NCBI GenBank assembly: GCA_041663185.1
Contig: JBAZQY010000001.1
Location: forward strand, 233,087-297,086
Source of the DNA: Minisyncoccota bacterium
Lineage (GTDB): Bacteria > Patescibacteriota > Minisyncoccia > Phycocordibacterales > UBA9973
DNA: 64,000 bases
Direction of reading: 5' to 3'
Under the pieces are notes generated by a model. It saw only the letters and a program-made list of their open reading frames with translations. It was not told the DNA's origin and searched no databases. Each line of letters opens with the position of its first letter. Positions within the stretch are counted from its first letter, which is position 1. Position numbers and translations under genes: made by a program. Of this stretch, positions 1 through 9,651 are shown in pieces.

Positions 1-11
1 TTGTATTCATT

Positions 12-914
12 ATGCTTCTCTTAATGCAAGCCAAAAAGATCGCTTCAAATATGTCCGGCGAAATTGGCCAGTCAATTACAAAAGGCATCGCCGCAGTCGG
101 AGGAATAGCCCTAGGTGGCGCAGCATTAGGTGCAGCAGCTCTTGGAAGGGGAACGGTTGGAGGATTTTTAAAAGGTTCTGCTACTGGAGATACTGCAGCC
201 CAGAGATATGCTAGGGGTGAATCAAAAAATAGATGGGATAGTATTAAGGGAAGAATTGGAAGTAGTTTGGGTGGAGTTCAAATACAACAAGGAGTTGGGC
301 GTATTTTAAATAGAGGAACAAATAGAATGGAAGAGTCAGCACATGGTAGACATCGTTTAGATGAAGTTTCTGGACAAATATATCGTGGAAGAAAGTGGTT
401 AGATTTAAATGGAACAGAAAGAGATGCTGTACGAGAAAGAATTAATCAAAATGAAGCAATACGTTTAATGGGACCACGATTTGGAACTAGAACATGGGCA
501 CAGCTTAGCGCAGCTGAAAGGGGTGATGTAAATGATTACATAACAGATCACGGAGTAAATGAAGCTCAAAATTTAGTTAGAAACGCACAAAGAAAAGATA
601 ATCCTGTTAATAAAGTACTACAGTCTTCGGCATTTGGTAGTTATGATATAAGAAATCTTGCTGAACTTATTGCGAATGAACATGATAGTGGTTTGAGTAA
701 GTTTGGTGTTGGTTTAATTTCAACAATAAGCAAAGGAATGCGTGGTGGGCTACAACAAGCAGGAATAAATTTTGGTAAAGGACAAGGAGAATTTATGAAA
801 GATCTTGGACATACTATCACGGAAGCACTCAAAGAAACTTCTGTTAAAGTTGATCTAACAAATCTAGGAAAAGAAGAAAAGGGCGAAGCTAAAAAAGGAA
901 GTGGCCATCATTAA
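12..914 (+). CDS. hypothetical protein with Gly/Ala-rich N-terminal segment; open to the window edge, so possibly N-terminally truncated
   Basis: 300-aa ORF with no upstream in-frame stop before position 1; first gene of the T4SS-like cluster on the + strand. Confidence 0.4.
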   Translation: MLLLMQAKKIASNMSGEIGQSITKGIAAVGGIALGGAALGAAALGRGTVGGFLKGSATGDTAAQRYARGESKNRWDSIKGRIGSSLGGVQIQQGVGRILNRGTNRMEESAHGRHRLDEVSGQIYRGRKWLDLNGTERDAVRERINQNEAIRLMGPRFGTRTWAQLSAAERGDVNDYITDHGVNEAQNLVRNAQRKDNPVNKVLQSSAFGSYDIRNLAELIANEHDSGLSKFGVGLISTISKGMRGGLQQAGINFGKGQGEFMKDLGHTITEALKETSVKVDLTNLGKEEKGEAKKGSGHH

Positions 915-932
915 ATAAGTAATAAATAAAAA

Positions 933-1886
933 ATGGATCAATTACAATTACAGCAAAAAATAGCAGAATATTTTGAAAAACTTCCTAAAGAGGTTCAGGG
1001 GATTTTTTCATCTATGACCTGGATGGAAACATTAAAAAATATTAGTACTAAATATAACCTAAATGAAAAACAGGTAGAAATTATCGGAACCGAAACAACA
1101 TTGGTTTTATTAGGTATAATTCACCTGGAGGAATATGTGAATATCTTGCATAAAGAATTAAGTTTAAATGAAGAAGTTTTTAACACAATGATTGATGAAA
1201 TTGATAATAATATTTTTAAAACAATCAAAAATCAACTTGTTGATACATATGAGGCAAATGTTTCATCTTTAGATAAAGAAAATGATAATGAAGAAAAATT
1301 AGATGAACGTTTTATAGGTTTACCTGAAGAAGTTAGGGAGGCAATAATTAAATCTAACTGGAAGAAAAAACTTTATGAAATTGCGTCAAAATATAAGCTC
1401 AATATCGAACAAATGGGGATTTTAGAAGATATGACAGTGAAAGTAATGACAAACGCAATCCACCCTGATAAATACGAAGGGGAATTAACTTCAAAAATAA
1501 CAATTTCCAAAGAAGACATTTCGAATCTTATAAAAGATGTAAACGAGAACATTTTAAGAAAGATCAGAAACATAATGGAAATAAAAACTGAAACAAAAAT
1601 TCCAGAAGTAAAAGATGAGGTTCCTCTGCCACCATATGCAATAAGTAGTAAGCAGGAAGTAGCAAGGAAGAAGGAAGAAGGGGATTCAATTCCTGTTACT
1701 CCAAAAATTGAGGCTCCAGTTGATAATTCTAAAAATATAATGAGTATTGTTGAGGAAAAATTAAAAAGTGCCACAATGAGTGATCATACAATTTCTGATT
1801 ATTCAGCTCCTAAAGTAAATAATACTCCTTCAAATAACCCAAACCCTTCAATTAAATCATCAGACCCTTATAGGGAAGCGTTTTAG
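933..1886 (+). CDS. hypothetical protein
   Basis: 317-aa ORF, charged and coiled-coil-like; no recognisable motif. Confidence 0.45.
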   Translation: MDQLQLQQKIAEYFEKLPKEVQGIFSSMTWMETLKNISTKYNLNEKQVEIIGTETTLVLLGIIHLEEYVNILHKELSLNEEVFNTMIDEIDNNIFKTIKNQLVDTYEANVSSLDKENDNEEKLDERFIGLPEEVREAIIKSNWKKKLYEIASKYKLNIEQMGILEDMTVKVMTNAIHPDKYEGELTSKITISKEDISNLIKDVNENILRKIRNIMEIKTETKIPEVKDEVPLPPYAISSKQEVARKKEEGDSIPVTPKIEAPVDNSKNIMSIVEEKLKSATMSDHTISDYSAPKVNNTPSNNPNPSIKSSDPYREAF

Positions 1887-2378
1887 ATTAGTAGAAAGTA
1901 GTATGTAGTAAGTAGTAAGGAAAATAAGTAACAGGTAGAAAGTAGTAAGTAGTATGGAAGAAAATAAAACTAAAATTAGTTCTTTTACTTCCCTGTTGGC
2001 ATGGCAGGAAGCGCACAAACTTACTCTTTTAATATATAAAAGATTACCAGAGTTTCCTGTTTATGAAAGATTTGGATTATGTGACCAATTACGTAGAGCT
2101 GTATCTTCAATATCCGCTAATATTGCCGAAGGTTTCGGAAGACACACATTAAAAGACAAGGTTCATTTTTATTATATTGCAAATGGTTCTCTTACTGAAA
2201 CGCAGAATCATCTTTTAGTTGCAAGAGATTTAAAATATTTAAATGATGAAAATTTTAAAAAAATAGCTGAACAAACGATTATCACTAGTAAACTTATCAA
2301 TGGTTTGATAAAATCAATTAATAGCAAGACGTAATTTTTCGTCCCTTACTACTTGCTACCTACTACCTACTACATTTA
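1887..2378 (+). repeat. palindromic hairpin element (GTAGTA-rich left arm, CTACTA-rich right arm) enclosing the four-helix-bundle ORF
   Basis: left arm gtagtatgtagtaagtagtaagg at about 1897-1919 is complementary to right arm cccttactacttgctacctactacctactac at about 2344-2375. Confidence 0.55.
1954..2334 (+). CDS. four-helix-bundle protein of the 23S rRNA intervening-sequence (IVS) protein / Avd-like family
   Basis: 126 aa; motifs LLAWQEAHKL, ANIAEGFGR and NHLLVARDLKYL typical of TIGR02436-type IVS proteins; sits in the loop of a long inverted repeat. Confidence 0.75.
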   Translation: MEENKTKISSFTSLLAWQEAHKLTLLIYKRLPEFPVYERFGLCDQLRRAVSSISANIAEGFGRHTLKDKVHFYYIANGSLTETQNHLLVARDLKYLNDENFKKIAEQTIITSKLINGLIKSINSKT

Positions 2379-2379
2379 C

Positions 2380-2799
2380 ATGCAATTCAAAGTCCCACAA
2401 TTTATTGATATCCAAGATAAACTATTTGGCCCTTTCACTTTTCATCAATTCGCATATCTTGTCGGCGGAGCTGGGATAATCTTCGTCATTTATAAACTAC
2501 TCCCATTGTGGATTGGTATTTTTTTAATGATTCCAATTGCTATTTTGTCCGCTTTACTTGTCTTTTATAAAATAAATGGCAAACCATTTATTTTCTACCT
2601 CCAAGCGGGTATTAGCTACCTTATTTCTAGTAAATTATATATTTGGAAACAAAGATTAGTAAAACCGGGCGATAAAACTAAAGAAGAAGAGGCTCCTACT
2701 CCTTCTTTGGTTTCGGTTCTTCCAATGACCTCCGAGAATAAGCTCAAAGACCTCGCTTGGAGCTTGGATGTACAAGATAAAGATGAAAGTAGCAAGTAG
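2380..2799 (+). CDS. PrgI-family membrane protein (conjugation/T4SS-associated)
   Basis: MQFKVPQFIDIQDKLFGPFTFHQFAYL followed by two TM helices; start moved to the internal Met because the annotated N-terminus is a translated repeat arm; immediately upstream of VirB4. Confidence 0.6.
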   Translation: MQFKVPQFIDIQDKLFGPFTFHQFAYLVGGAGIIFVIYKLLPLWIGIFLMIPIAILSALLVFYKINGKPFIFYLQAGISYLISSKLYIWKQRLVKPGDKTKEEEAPTPSLVSVLPMTSENKLKDLAWSLDVQDKDESSK

Positions 2800-2945
2800 A
2801 ATGTAGTAAGCAAAAAGAGGAAATAAAAAAATATGTTAATAGAATAAAAAATGGTAAAATATAACAAGTAGTAAACAGAAAGTGGTAAGCAAAAAGTATA
2901 AAATTAAATTCCCTTACTACCTACTACCTACTACATACTACACAT
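2800..2945 (+). repeat. second copy of the GTAGTA/CTACTA palindromic element (no ORF)
   Basis: gtagcaagtagaatgtagtaagcaaaaagagg ... cccttactacctactacctactacatactac. Confidence 0.55.
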
Positions 2946-3599
2946 ATGGCAATTAGTGCAAAAAGTTCTCAAGAATTTGTCCCAATTAAAGAAGTTCGAA
3001 ATGGAATCATTATTCTTAAAGATGGTGGTCTTCGGGCGATACTACTTGCTTCATCATTAAACCTTTCTCTTAAATCGGCCGACGAACAAACTGCCATAAT
3101 AAATGAATTTCAAAATTTTTTAAATGGTTTAGATTTTCCTATTCAAATTGCTATGCAATCTCGCCGACTAGATATCCGACCATATCTTTTGTCTCTAGAA
3201 GCCAGATTAAAAGACCAAGTTGAACCACTTCTTAAAATACAAACCAGAGAATACATAGACTTCATCCGATCATTCACCGAAGAAGTAAATATTATGACTA
3301 AGACTTTTTTTATTGTCGTTCCTTATAGTCCAACTGTTATAAAATCGGGAAATAAGATAGTCGAAGGTCTGCTTGGAGGAGGCACTCCTAAAAAGCAAGT
3401 GGAGGATACAAAGAAAGCCATTGACCTCGCCTCATTTGAAGAAAAGAGAACTCAACTTGATCAACGTGTCGGGGTTATTGCCGGAGGATTGGGGAGAATT
3501 GGTATTCGAACATCTGAACTTAAAACAGATCAGGTAGTTGAACTTTTTTATAAAACATTCAATCCAGGAGATATTAGTCAGGGAATTAAATTACAATAA
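2946..3599 (+). CDS. VirB4/TraC-family N-terminal domain protein (split VirB4, part 1)
   Basis: KEVRNGIIILKDGGLRAILLASSLNLSLKSADEQ resembles the N-terminal domain of Gram-positive-type VirB4 (PrgJ/TcpF-like); stop is 1 nt before the ATPase ORF. Confidence 0.6.
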   Translation: MAISAKSSQEFVPIKEVRNGIIILKDGGLRAILLASSLNLSLKSADEQTAIINEFQNFLNGLDFPIQIAMQSRRLDIRPYLLSLEARLKDQVEPLLKIQTREYIDFIRSFTEEVNIMTKTFFIVVPYSPTVIKSGNKIVEGLLGGGTPKKQVEDTKKAIDLASFEEKRTQLDQRVGVIAGGLGRIGIRTSELKTDQVVELFYKTFNPGDISQGIKLQ

Positions 3600-3600
3600 T

Positions 3601-5436
3601 ATGGGAATATTTTCATCACTATTTGGAAAAAAGGGAGATAGCGCTAAAAATAAAAGCGTCGTTATGCCGATTTTACCAAGTGAAATATATAAGGCGGCAA
3701 CACTTGAACTTCAAGATATTATCGCTCCTTCTGCTCTCCAAATAACTCCTAAGTCATTAAATTTGGGTGATAAAATTGCTAGAACATTCTTCGTTATTTC
3801 ATATCCAAGGTACCTCAGTGATAATTGGTTCTCACCAATCATCAACTTGGATAAGGTTTTTGATGTCTCTATTTTTGTTCATCCAATCGAGACTGCTGAA
3901 ATACTCCGAACTTTTCAGAAAAAAGTTGCAGAAGTTCAGAGTCAGATTTCTATTCGTGAATCAAAAGGCCTTGTTCGTGATCCAATGCTAGACACCGCCT
4001 ACAAAGATTTGGAAGATTTACGAGATAATTTGATGCAAGCTCAAGACAAAATGTTTGACGTTGGTATTTATATTACTGTCTATGCTGATAATGAAAATGA
4101 TTTATTTAAAATTGAAAATGAAATCAAATCTCTTCTTGATTCAAAATTAGTTTACTTAAAACCAGCCTTATTCCAACAAAATGAAGGATTCAAAAGTGTT
4201 ATTCCACTTGGTACGGACATTCTTGGTATTCATCAAAAGCTCAATACAGAGCCAATTTCAAGCGTCTTTCCATTCGTTTCTTTTGATTTGACGGAAGATA
4301 AGGGAATACTCTATGGAGTTAATCGTCATAATTCTAGTTTAATTCTTTTTGATAGATTTTCTTTACCAAATTATAATTCGATTACATTCGCAACTGCTGG
4401 AGCTGGTAAATCATATGCGACAAAACTTGAAATTATTCGTACTTTGATGTTTGATACTGAAGTTATCGTCATCGATCCTGAACGTGAATACGAATACTTG
4501 GCTGAAGCTATTGGTGGACGATATTTTAATATTGCTCTTTCCTCAGAGCACCATATTAATCCTTTCGATCTGCCGATTCCAACCGGCGAAGAGACAGGAG
4601 CGGATGTCCTACGAGCTAATACTATAAACCTAGTCGGATTATTCCGCATAATGCTTGGAGGTTTAACCCCAGAAGAAGATTCAATTATCGATAGTGCTAT
4701 TACTGAAACATACGCTCTAAAAGATATCACCGCCAATTCAAATTTTATGAATATCGAGCCACCAATGTTATCTGATTTTGAAGTGGTTTTGTCGGGCATG
4801 CAGGGGAGTGAATCACTAATGCAACGTTTGATTAAATATACCCATGGATCTTGGGCTTCATTCTTAAATCAACCATCAAATGTAGATATTAATCGCAAGT
4901 TTATTGTCTTTTCTGTTCGAGATATGGAAGATGAACTCAAACCAGTCGCAATGTATATTGTTACTCACTATATCTGGAATGCTGTTCGAAAAAATATAAA
5001 GAAAAGATTACTAGTAGTAGATGAGGCCTGGTGGATGATGAAATCAGAAGATACCGCTTCTTTCCTCTACTCAATTGCCAAGCGTGGAAGAAAATATTGG
5101 TTGGGACTTGCCACTATTACTCAAGATGTGGGAGATTTCATGAAAAGTGCTTATGGCATCCCAATCGTGACTAACTCGTCTATCCAATTACTTCTTAAAC
5201 AATCTCCAGCAACCATAGATGTTTTACAGAAAACATTCAACCTAACAGATGAGGAGAAATACTTATTACTCGAAGCCAATGTTGGAGAGGGAATATTCTT
5301 TGCCGGTTTAAAACACGTAGCCATCAAAACAATTGCTTCATATACAGAGGATCAAATTATTACTTCCGACCCTTCACAAATCTTAGCCATCAAAAAAGCC
5401 AAGGAAGAGTTATTATCTTCAAATAGCAGTAATTAG
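3601..5436 (+). CDS. VirB4-like T4SS ATPase (split VirB4, part 2)
   Basis: Walker A FATAGAGKSYA, Walker B LLVVDEAWWMM; ORF is open upstream to 3538 in another frame relative to part 1. Confidence 0.85.
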   Translation: MGIFSSLFGKKGDSAKNKSVVMPILPSEIYKAATLELQDIIAPSALQITPKSLNLGDKIARTFFVISYPRYLSDNWFSPIINLDKVFDVSIFVHPIETAEILRTFQKKVAEVQSQISIRESKGLVRDPMLDTAYKDLEDLRDNLMQAQDKMFDVGIYITVYADNENDLFKIENEIKSLLDSKLVYLKPALFQQNEGFKSVIPLGTDILGIHQKLNTEPISSVFPFVSFDLTEDKGILYGVNRHNSSLILFDRFSLPNYNSITFATAGAGKSYATKLEIIRTLMFDTEVIVIDPEREYEYLAEAIGGRYFNIALSSEHHINPFDLPIPTGEETGADVLRANTINLVGLFRIMLGGLTPEEDSIIDSAITETYALKDITANSNFMNIEPPMLSDFEVVLSGMQGSESLMQRLIKYTHGSWASFLNQPSNVDINRKFIVFSVRDMEDELKPVAMYIVTHYIWNAVRKNIKKRLLVVDEAWWMMKSEDTASFLYSIAKRGRKYWLGLATITQDVGDFMKSAYGIPIVTNSSIQLLLKQSPATIDVLQKTFNLTDEEKYLLLEANVGEGIFFAGLKHVAIKTIASYTEDQIITSDPSQILAIKKAKEELLSSNSSN

Positions 5437-5480
5437 GGGGCACTTATGAGCGGTTGTTGGGTGAGTAAAGTTATTATATA

Positions 5481-6485
5481 ATGTATAGAGTGAAATTAAT
5501 GAAAATAAAAATCTTCCTCGTTGGACTTTTTATCTTAGGAATAGTCAATATTCCATCTATTTCTTTTGCTGAAACACAAATTGAAATTCAGGAAGGAGAA
5601 GTGAACGTCGAAATAATTCCAAATAACCCAGAACCATATCAAGATATTAAAATCAACATCTCAAGTTATGCTACTGATTTAAACAAGGCCATTATCACTT
5701 GGGAAACATCAAAAGGGGTAGTTCTTTCTGGTATTGGTAAAACAAGTTATTCTTTTAAAACAGGAGGGATTGGATCATCTACTGTTTTTGATATTAATAT
5801 CACTCCTGTGGGTTCTATGAGTACAATTAATAAAATAATTGTAATTACTCCGTCTGAAGTTGAGATTATGTGGGAATCTGCTGATGGTTATACTCCTCCA
5901 TTTTATAAAGGAAAGTCCTTACCAATTAGTGGTAGTACTGTCCGAGCTGTCGCCATTCCAAATACAAATACTATAAAATCGGGTAGCGGGAGTATAACTT
6001 ATACTTGGAAGAGTGGAGATGAAACACAGTTAGGAGCTTCGGGTTATAATAAAAATTATTATGAATTTAAAAATAGTATGTTTGAAGATGTTAGTGAAGT
6101 AACAGTTATGGCTTCATCAGTCAGTGGAAATTATGGAGCCGAAAAGACTATTTCTATTCCTATGTATAAACCTAAAATAGTTTTTTATAAAAAATCCCCA
6201 ACCGAAGGAATTCTTTATAGTAAAGCTCTTGATAAAGAAATAGTAATGCCAGAAGACGAAATGACAATTGTCGCTGAACCATATTTCGTCTCTTTAAAAG
6301 GCAATGAGAATGATTTCTCTTACAGATGGCAAATAAATGGACAGGGAATAGAAACCCCTTCTCGTAAAACAGAACTAACTATTCGGCCAACTTCACGTGG
6401 TGGATATGCAACAATAAATATGATAATTGAAAATGCCAATGAATTATTCCAACAAGTTAGTAATTCATTAAAACTAATTTTATAA
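5481..6485 (+). CDS. secreted hypothetical protein (signal peptide)
   Basis: N-terminal hydrophobic signal ending in ISFAET; follows VirB4. Confidence 0.5.
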   Translation: MYRVKLMKIKIFLVGLFILGIVNIPSISFAETQIEIQEGEVNVEIIPNNPEPYQDIKINISSYATDLNKAIITWETSKGVVLSGIGKTSYSFKTGGIGSSTVFDINITPVGSMSTINKIIVITPSEVEIMWESADGYTPPFYKGKSLPISGSTVRAVAIPNTNTIKSGSGSITYTWKSGDETQLGASGYNKNYYEFKNSMFEDVSEVTVMASSVSGNYGAEKTISIPMYKPKIVFYKKSPTEGILYSKALDKEIVMPEDEMTIVAEPYFVSLKGNENDFSYRWQINGQGIETPSRKTELTIRPTSRGGYATINMIIENANELFQQVSNSLKLIL

Positions 6486-6486
6486 T

Positions 6487-8118
6487 ATGAAAAAATTCTC
6501 ATTATACACATTAATATCCGTAATAATTATTAACTTTTTCTTACCGTTTGGTATTAGTTTGAGTAATAATTTAGTCGAGAGAAAAATAGCAGAAGCGGCA
6601 AATGATTGTGTAATTTCTTCAGCTTTTTGGGACCCATCGGGGGAGCAAGCTGATAAATTCTATAGAGAAGGAGCGACAACAGCAAATATCAAAGTAAAAT
6701 CAAAAAATTGTGTCGGGGTAACAGGAATAAATTTAACTATTTACGAATCCGATGGTTGGGGTACCTTTAAGGATGATGTTTGGGATGATTCTGGATTGGA
6801 TGATAGAGAAATATCTATTCCATCTGATAATTTCGCAGTAAGATTATTATTGGGTGAAGAGGATTGCGAAACTAAGCTTACGGGTGGTTTTAAGTTTGAT
6901 TGCGATTTGTATTTTAAATTTAAAAGTGGAACGGATGTTATTTATAGTTCTGTTAATATTGGTTCAAATGGTGATACTGCAGGTAGTAGCGACCCGGGTT
7001 GGCTTTGGTATGGTTGTGATTACACAACCGGAGAACTTTGTGACCAAGATGGGCAATTTTTAGAAGTAATTGCCCTGGGAAACAATGATGACTCAGTAAA
7101 TTTTGATGCATTAGATCCCATTAATTTAGATAATTCATATAATTTATTGGCCCCTATTGGTGATTTTACAAAAGCACCTGATAATATGGGGGATTATTTC
7201 CAATTAATATTTGAACTAGCGATTGCTCTCTGTGCAGTTCTTGCTGTTGTAATGATTGTTATTGGTGGAATTCAATATATGGGGAATGAGTCCATTTTTG
7301 GAAAGACTGAAGCTAAAAGTAAAATAAAATATGCTATTGGTGGTCTATTAATTGCTCTTGGGGCTTATGCATTACTAAACACAATTAATCCAGATTTACT
7401 CGGTGGTAAGGGTGTAACAATAGATCAGGTTAGTGCTGAAATAGTTCGTGATCGTGCTTCAGATCCTGCTTTTATGCAAAATATTGATAGTTTTGACACT
7501 TCTAATATAACAATAACTCCTTCAGATTATAGTGATCCAACCTTTCTTGGATATATGGGGCACCAACAGGGTAGCGCAGGAGCTTCAGCAATCCTTTGGT
7601 CAGCTCATAAAGGATATACAAGTGTTCCAGCTGATAATCCATTCACAAAAAGTGATATCAATAGAAATATGAAAGGAAACTTTAATACAACAAGTGCTCA
7701 AAAAACAATAGGTACATCAGTACTTACCCCCGACAACTTTTTGAAATATTGGGCAACTAAAGTTGCGGCAGTTAAAAATGAAACTACCCCAGTAATTCCA
7801 TCAATGATAGAAAGCGAACTCGGAAAAGTCGCTAGTGAAACTGGAGTTGATATAGCAACACTAAAAACAATCTGCCGAATTGAATCAGCCGGAGGATGCA
7901 CCAATGATTCATCTATTACTACAGTTAATAACCTAGGATATGCTGGATTATTCCAATTAAGTAATAAGGTTTATCAAAAAAACACTGGTGTCTGGGAAGC
8001 ATACAAAAAAAGTGATGGGGTTCTCCTTGATGCTTACCACAATGCTTTTGTTGCGGCCAAATATTTCAGCGTAAACTTAAGTGGAATAAAGAAGAATTGG
8101 TCAAAAATAAATAATTAA
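6487..8118 (+). CDS. membrane protein with two central TM helices and a C-terminal lytic transglycosylase (SLT/VirB1-like) domain
   Basis: signal peptide; TM pair around LAIALCAVLAVVMIVIGG and IGGLLIALGAYALL; SLT motifs RIESAGG, GYAGLFQL and AYHNAFVAAKYF. Confidence 0.55.
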   Translation: MKKFSLYTLISVIIINFFLPFGISLSNNLVERKIAEAANDCVISSAFWDPSGEQADKFYREGATTANIKVKSKNCVGVTGINLTIYESDGWGTFKDDVWDDSGLDDREISIPSDNFAVRLLLGEEDCETKLTGGFKFDCDLYFKFKSGTDVIYSSVNIGSNGDTAGSSDPGWLWYGCDYTTGELCDQDGQFLEVIALGNNDDSVNFDALDPINLDNSYNLLAPIGDFTKAPDNMGDYFQLIFELAIALCAVLAVVMIVIGGIQYMGNESIFGKTEAKSKIKYAIGGLLIALGAYALLNTINPDLLGGKGVTIDQVSAEIVRDRASDPAFMQNIDSFDTSNITITPSDYSDPTFLGYMGHQQGSAGASAILWSAHKGYTSVPADNPFTKSDINRNMKGNFNTTSAQKTIGTSVLTPDNFLKYWATKVAAVKNETTPVIPSMIESELGKVASETGVDIATLKTICRIESAGGCTNDSSITTVNNLGYAGLFQLSNKVYQKNTGVWEAYKKSDGVLLDAYHNAFVAAKYFSVNLSGIKKNWSKINN

Positions 8119-8122
8119 AATC

Positions 8123-9613
8123 ATGCCTAAAAAAACAATTATCATTTTCATAACAGTATTTGTAATCATCGGATTAATCGTCTTGGGAATTTATTTATTT
8201 TCAAAAAAAGACAAGGATGGCACTGATAATGGAACAACTCCTTGGTATCAAAATTTTAATCCTTTCGGAACAGGGACCGAAATACCAAGTGGTAATGAAA
8301 ATAATGGAATAGGAAATAATAATCAGGGTCAAACAGGAAGCCTGACAGACACAGGTTCTTCTAGATTTTACCAAGTAACCGATTTTGCAGTTGCTGGAGC
8401 TACTTTCTTAGAAGATACAAGGCCAGTAATAGTTCCCGAGGGGCAAGAGAATCAGCCAAAAGAAATCAAGACCTTAATTTCAGTCGATACGAAAGAGGGG
8501 CGAAAAGAAATTCAAAATATTTTAAATGAAACATTATTACCCAAAACTCCACTTGTTGCCGATGGAAACTTTGGGAAATTAACAACCAAAGCCATTGAAG
8601 ATTTTCAAAAATTAAAAAATTTACCAATCACCGGTAAAATTGACGCGGAAACAGCTCCATATTTTACAAAGACAATAACTGATTTAACGAATGCTCCAAA
8701 ATACGAACAGGCTCCATCTTTAAGATATGTAGAAAGAAAGAACGGACACATGTATAAAATGTTTCTCGATACTAAAGAGAAAACCAAAATTTCTAATTCA
8801 ACAATCCCTGGTATTTATGAAGCATTTTTTGACACAACAGCCCAAACAGTTATTTATCGATATTTATCTGAAGATAAAAAGATTAATAGTTTCATGGCAA
8901 CCCTAGGTGCACCAAAAGGGGAATTTTTGCCTCAGAATATTTCTGATTTGAGTGTTTCGCACGATAAAACAAAATTTTTCTATCTCGTAGAAAATGGTGG
9001 AGGAGTTACTGGAACGACTGGATTGTTTGGTAATACAAAAAGGGAAGTAGCATTCAATTCTCCTTTTACAGAATGGCTAAGTCAATGGACTTCTGGGCAA
9101 AAAGTATTTTTGACAACAAAAGCCTCATATGGAGTTAGTGGTAGTATTTTTATGCTAGATACTACAAAAAAAACACTCTCAAAAGTATTTGGCGGGGTTA
9201 TGGGTCTTACTACACTAGTAAACCCTAACGGGTCTCTTATTTTGTACAGTTATTTTTCAAAAACAGGTCCACAACTAGGAATTTTTGATATCGCTCAACA
9301 CTCCACCAGAAATTTGGATATTTATAGTTTGCCTGAAAAATGTGTCTGGGCTAATGATAATGTAAGTATTTATTGTGCTGTGCCTAATGTTATTGTCGGG
9401 AATCAATATCCAGATTATTGGTATCAAGGATTAATTTCTTTTGATGATTATTTTATAAAAATAAATACCGAGACCGGAAATAAAACAACAATTGCAAACT
9501 CCATAAATGAAACAGCTATAGATGGAACGCATTTGTTCTTGGATCGCACAGAAGAAAATTTGTTTTTAATAAACAAAAAAGATTCAACCTTGTGGAGCCT
9601 AAATATTAAATAA
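8123..9613 (+). CDS. membrane-anchored protein with a peptidoglycan-binding domain
   Basis: N-terminal TM; PG_binding_1-like LVADGNFGKLTTKAIEDFQKLKNLPITGKIDAETAPYF. Confidence 0.55.
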   Translation: MPKKTIIIFITVFVIIGLIVLGIYLFSKKDKDGTDNGTTPWYQNFNPFGTGTEIPSGNENNGIGNNNQGQTGSLTDTGSSRFYQVTDFAVAGATFLEDTRPVIVPEGQENQPKEIKTLISVDTKEGRKEIQNILNETLLPKTPLVADGNFGKLTTKAIEDFQKLKNLPITGKIDAETAPYFTKTITDLTNAPKYEQAPSLRYVERKNGHMYKMFLDTKEKTKISNSTIPGIYEAFFDTTAQTVIYRYLSEDKKINSFMATLGAPKGEFLPQNISDLSVSHDKTKFFYLVENGGGVTGTTGLFGNTKREVAFNSPFTEWLSQWTSGQKVFLTTKASYGVSGSIFMLDTTKKTLSKVFGGVMGLTTLVNPNGSLILYSYFSKTGPQLGIFDIAQHSTRNLDIYSLPEKCVWANDNVSIYCAVPNVIVGNQYPDYWYQGLISFDDYFIKINTETGNKTTIANSINETAIDGTHLFLDRTEENLFLINKKDSTLWSLNIK

Positions 9614-9618
9614 GAATA

Positions 9619-9650
9619 AAAAAATCCAGGTCTAGCCTGGATTTTTTTAT
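9619..9650. terminator. bidirectional rho-independent terminator
   Basis: aaaaaatccaggtctagcctggattttttt hairpin between convergent genes. Confidence 0.6.
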
Positions 9651-9651
9651 T

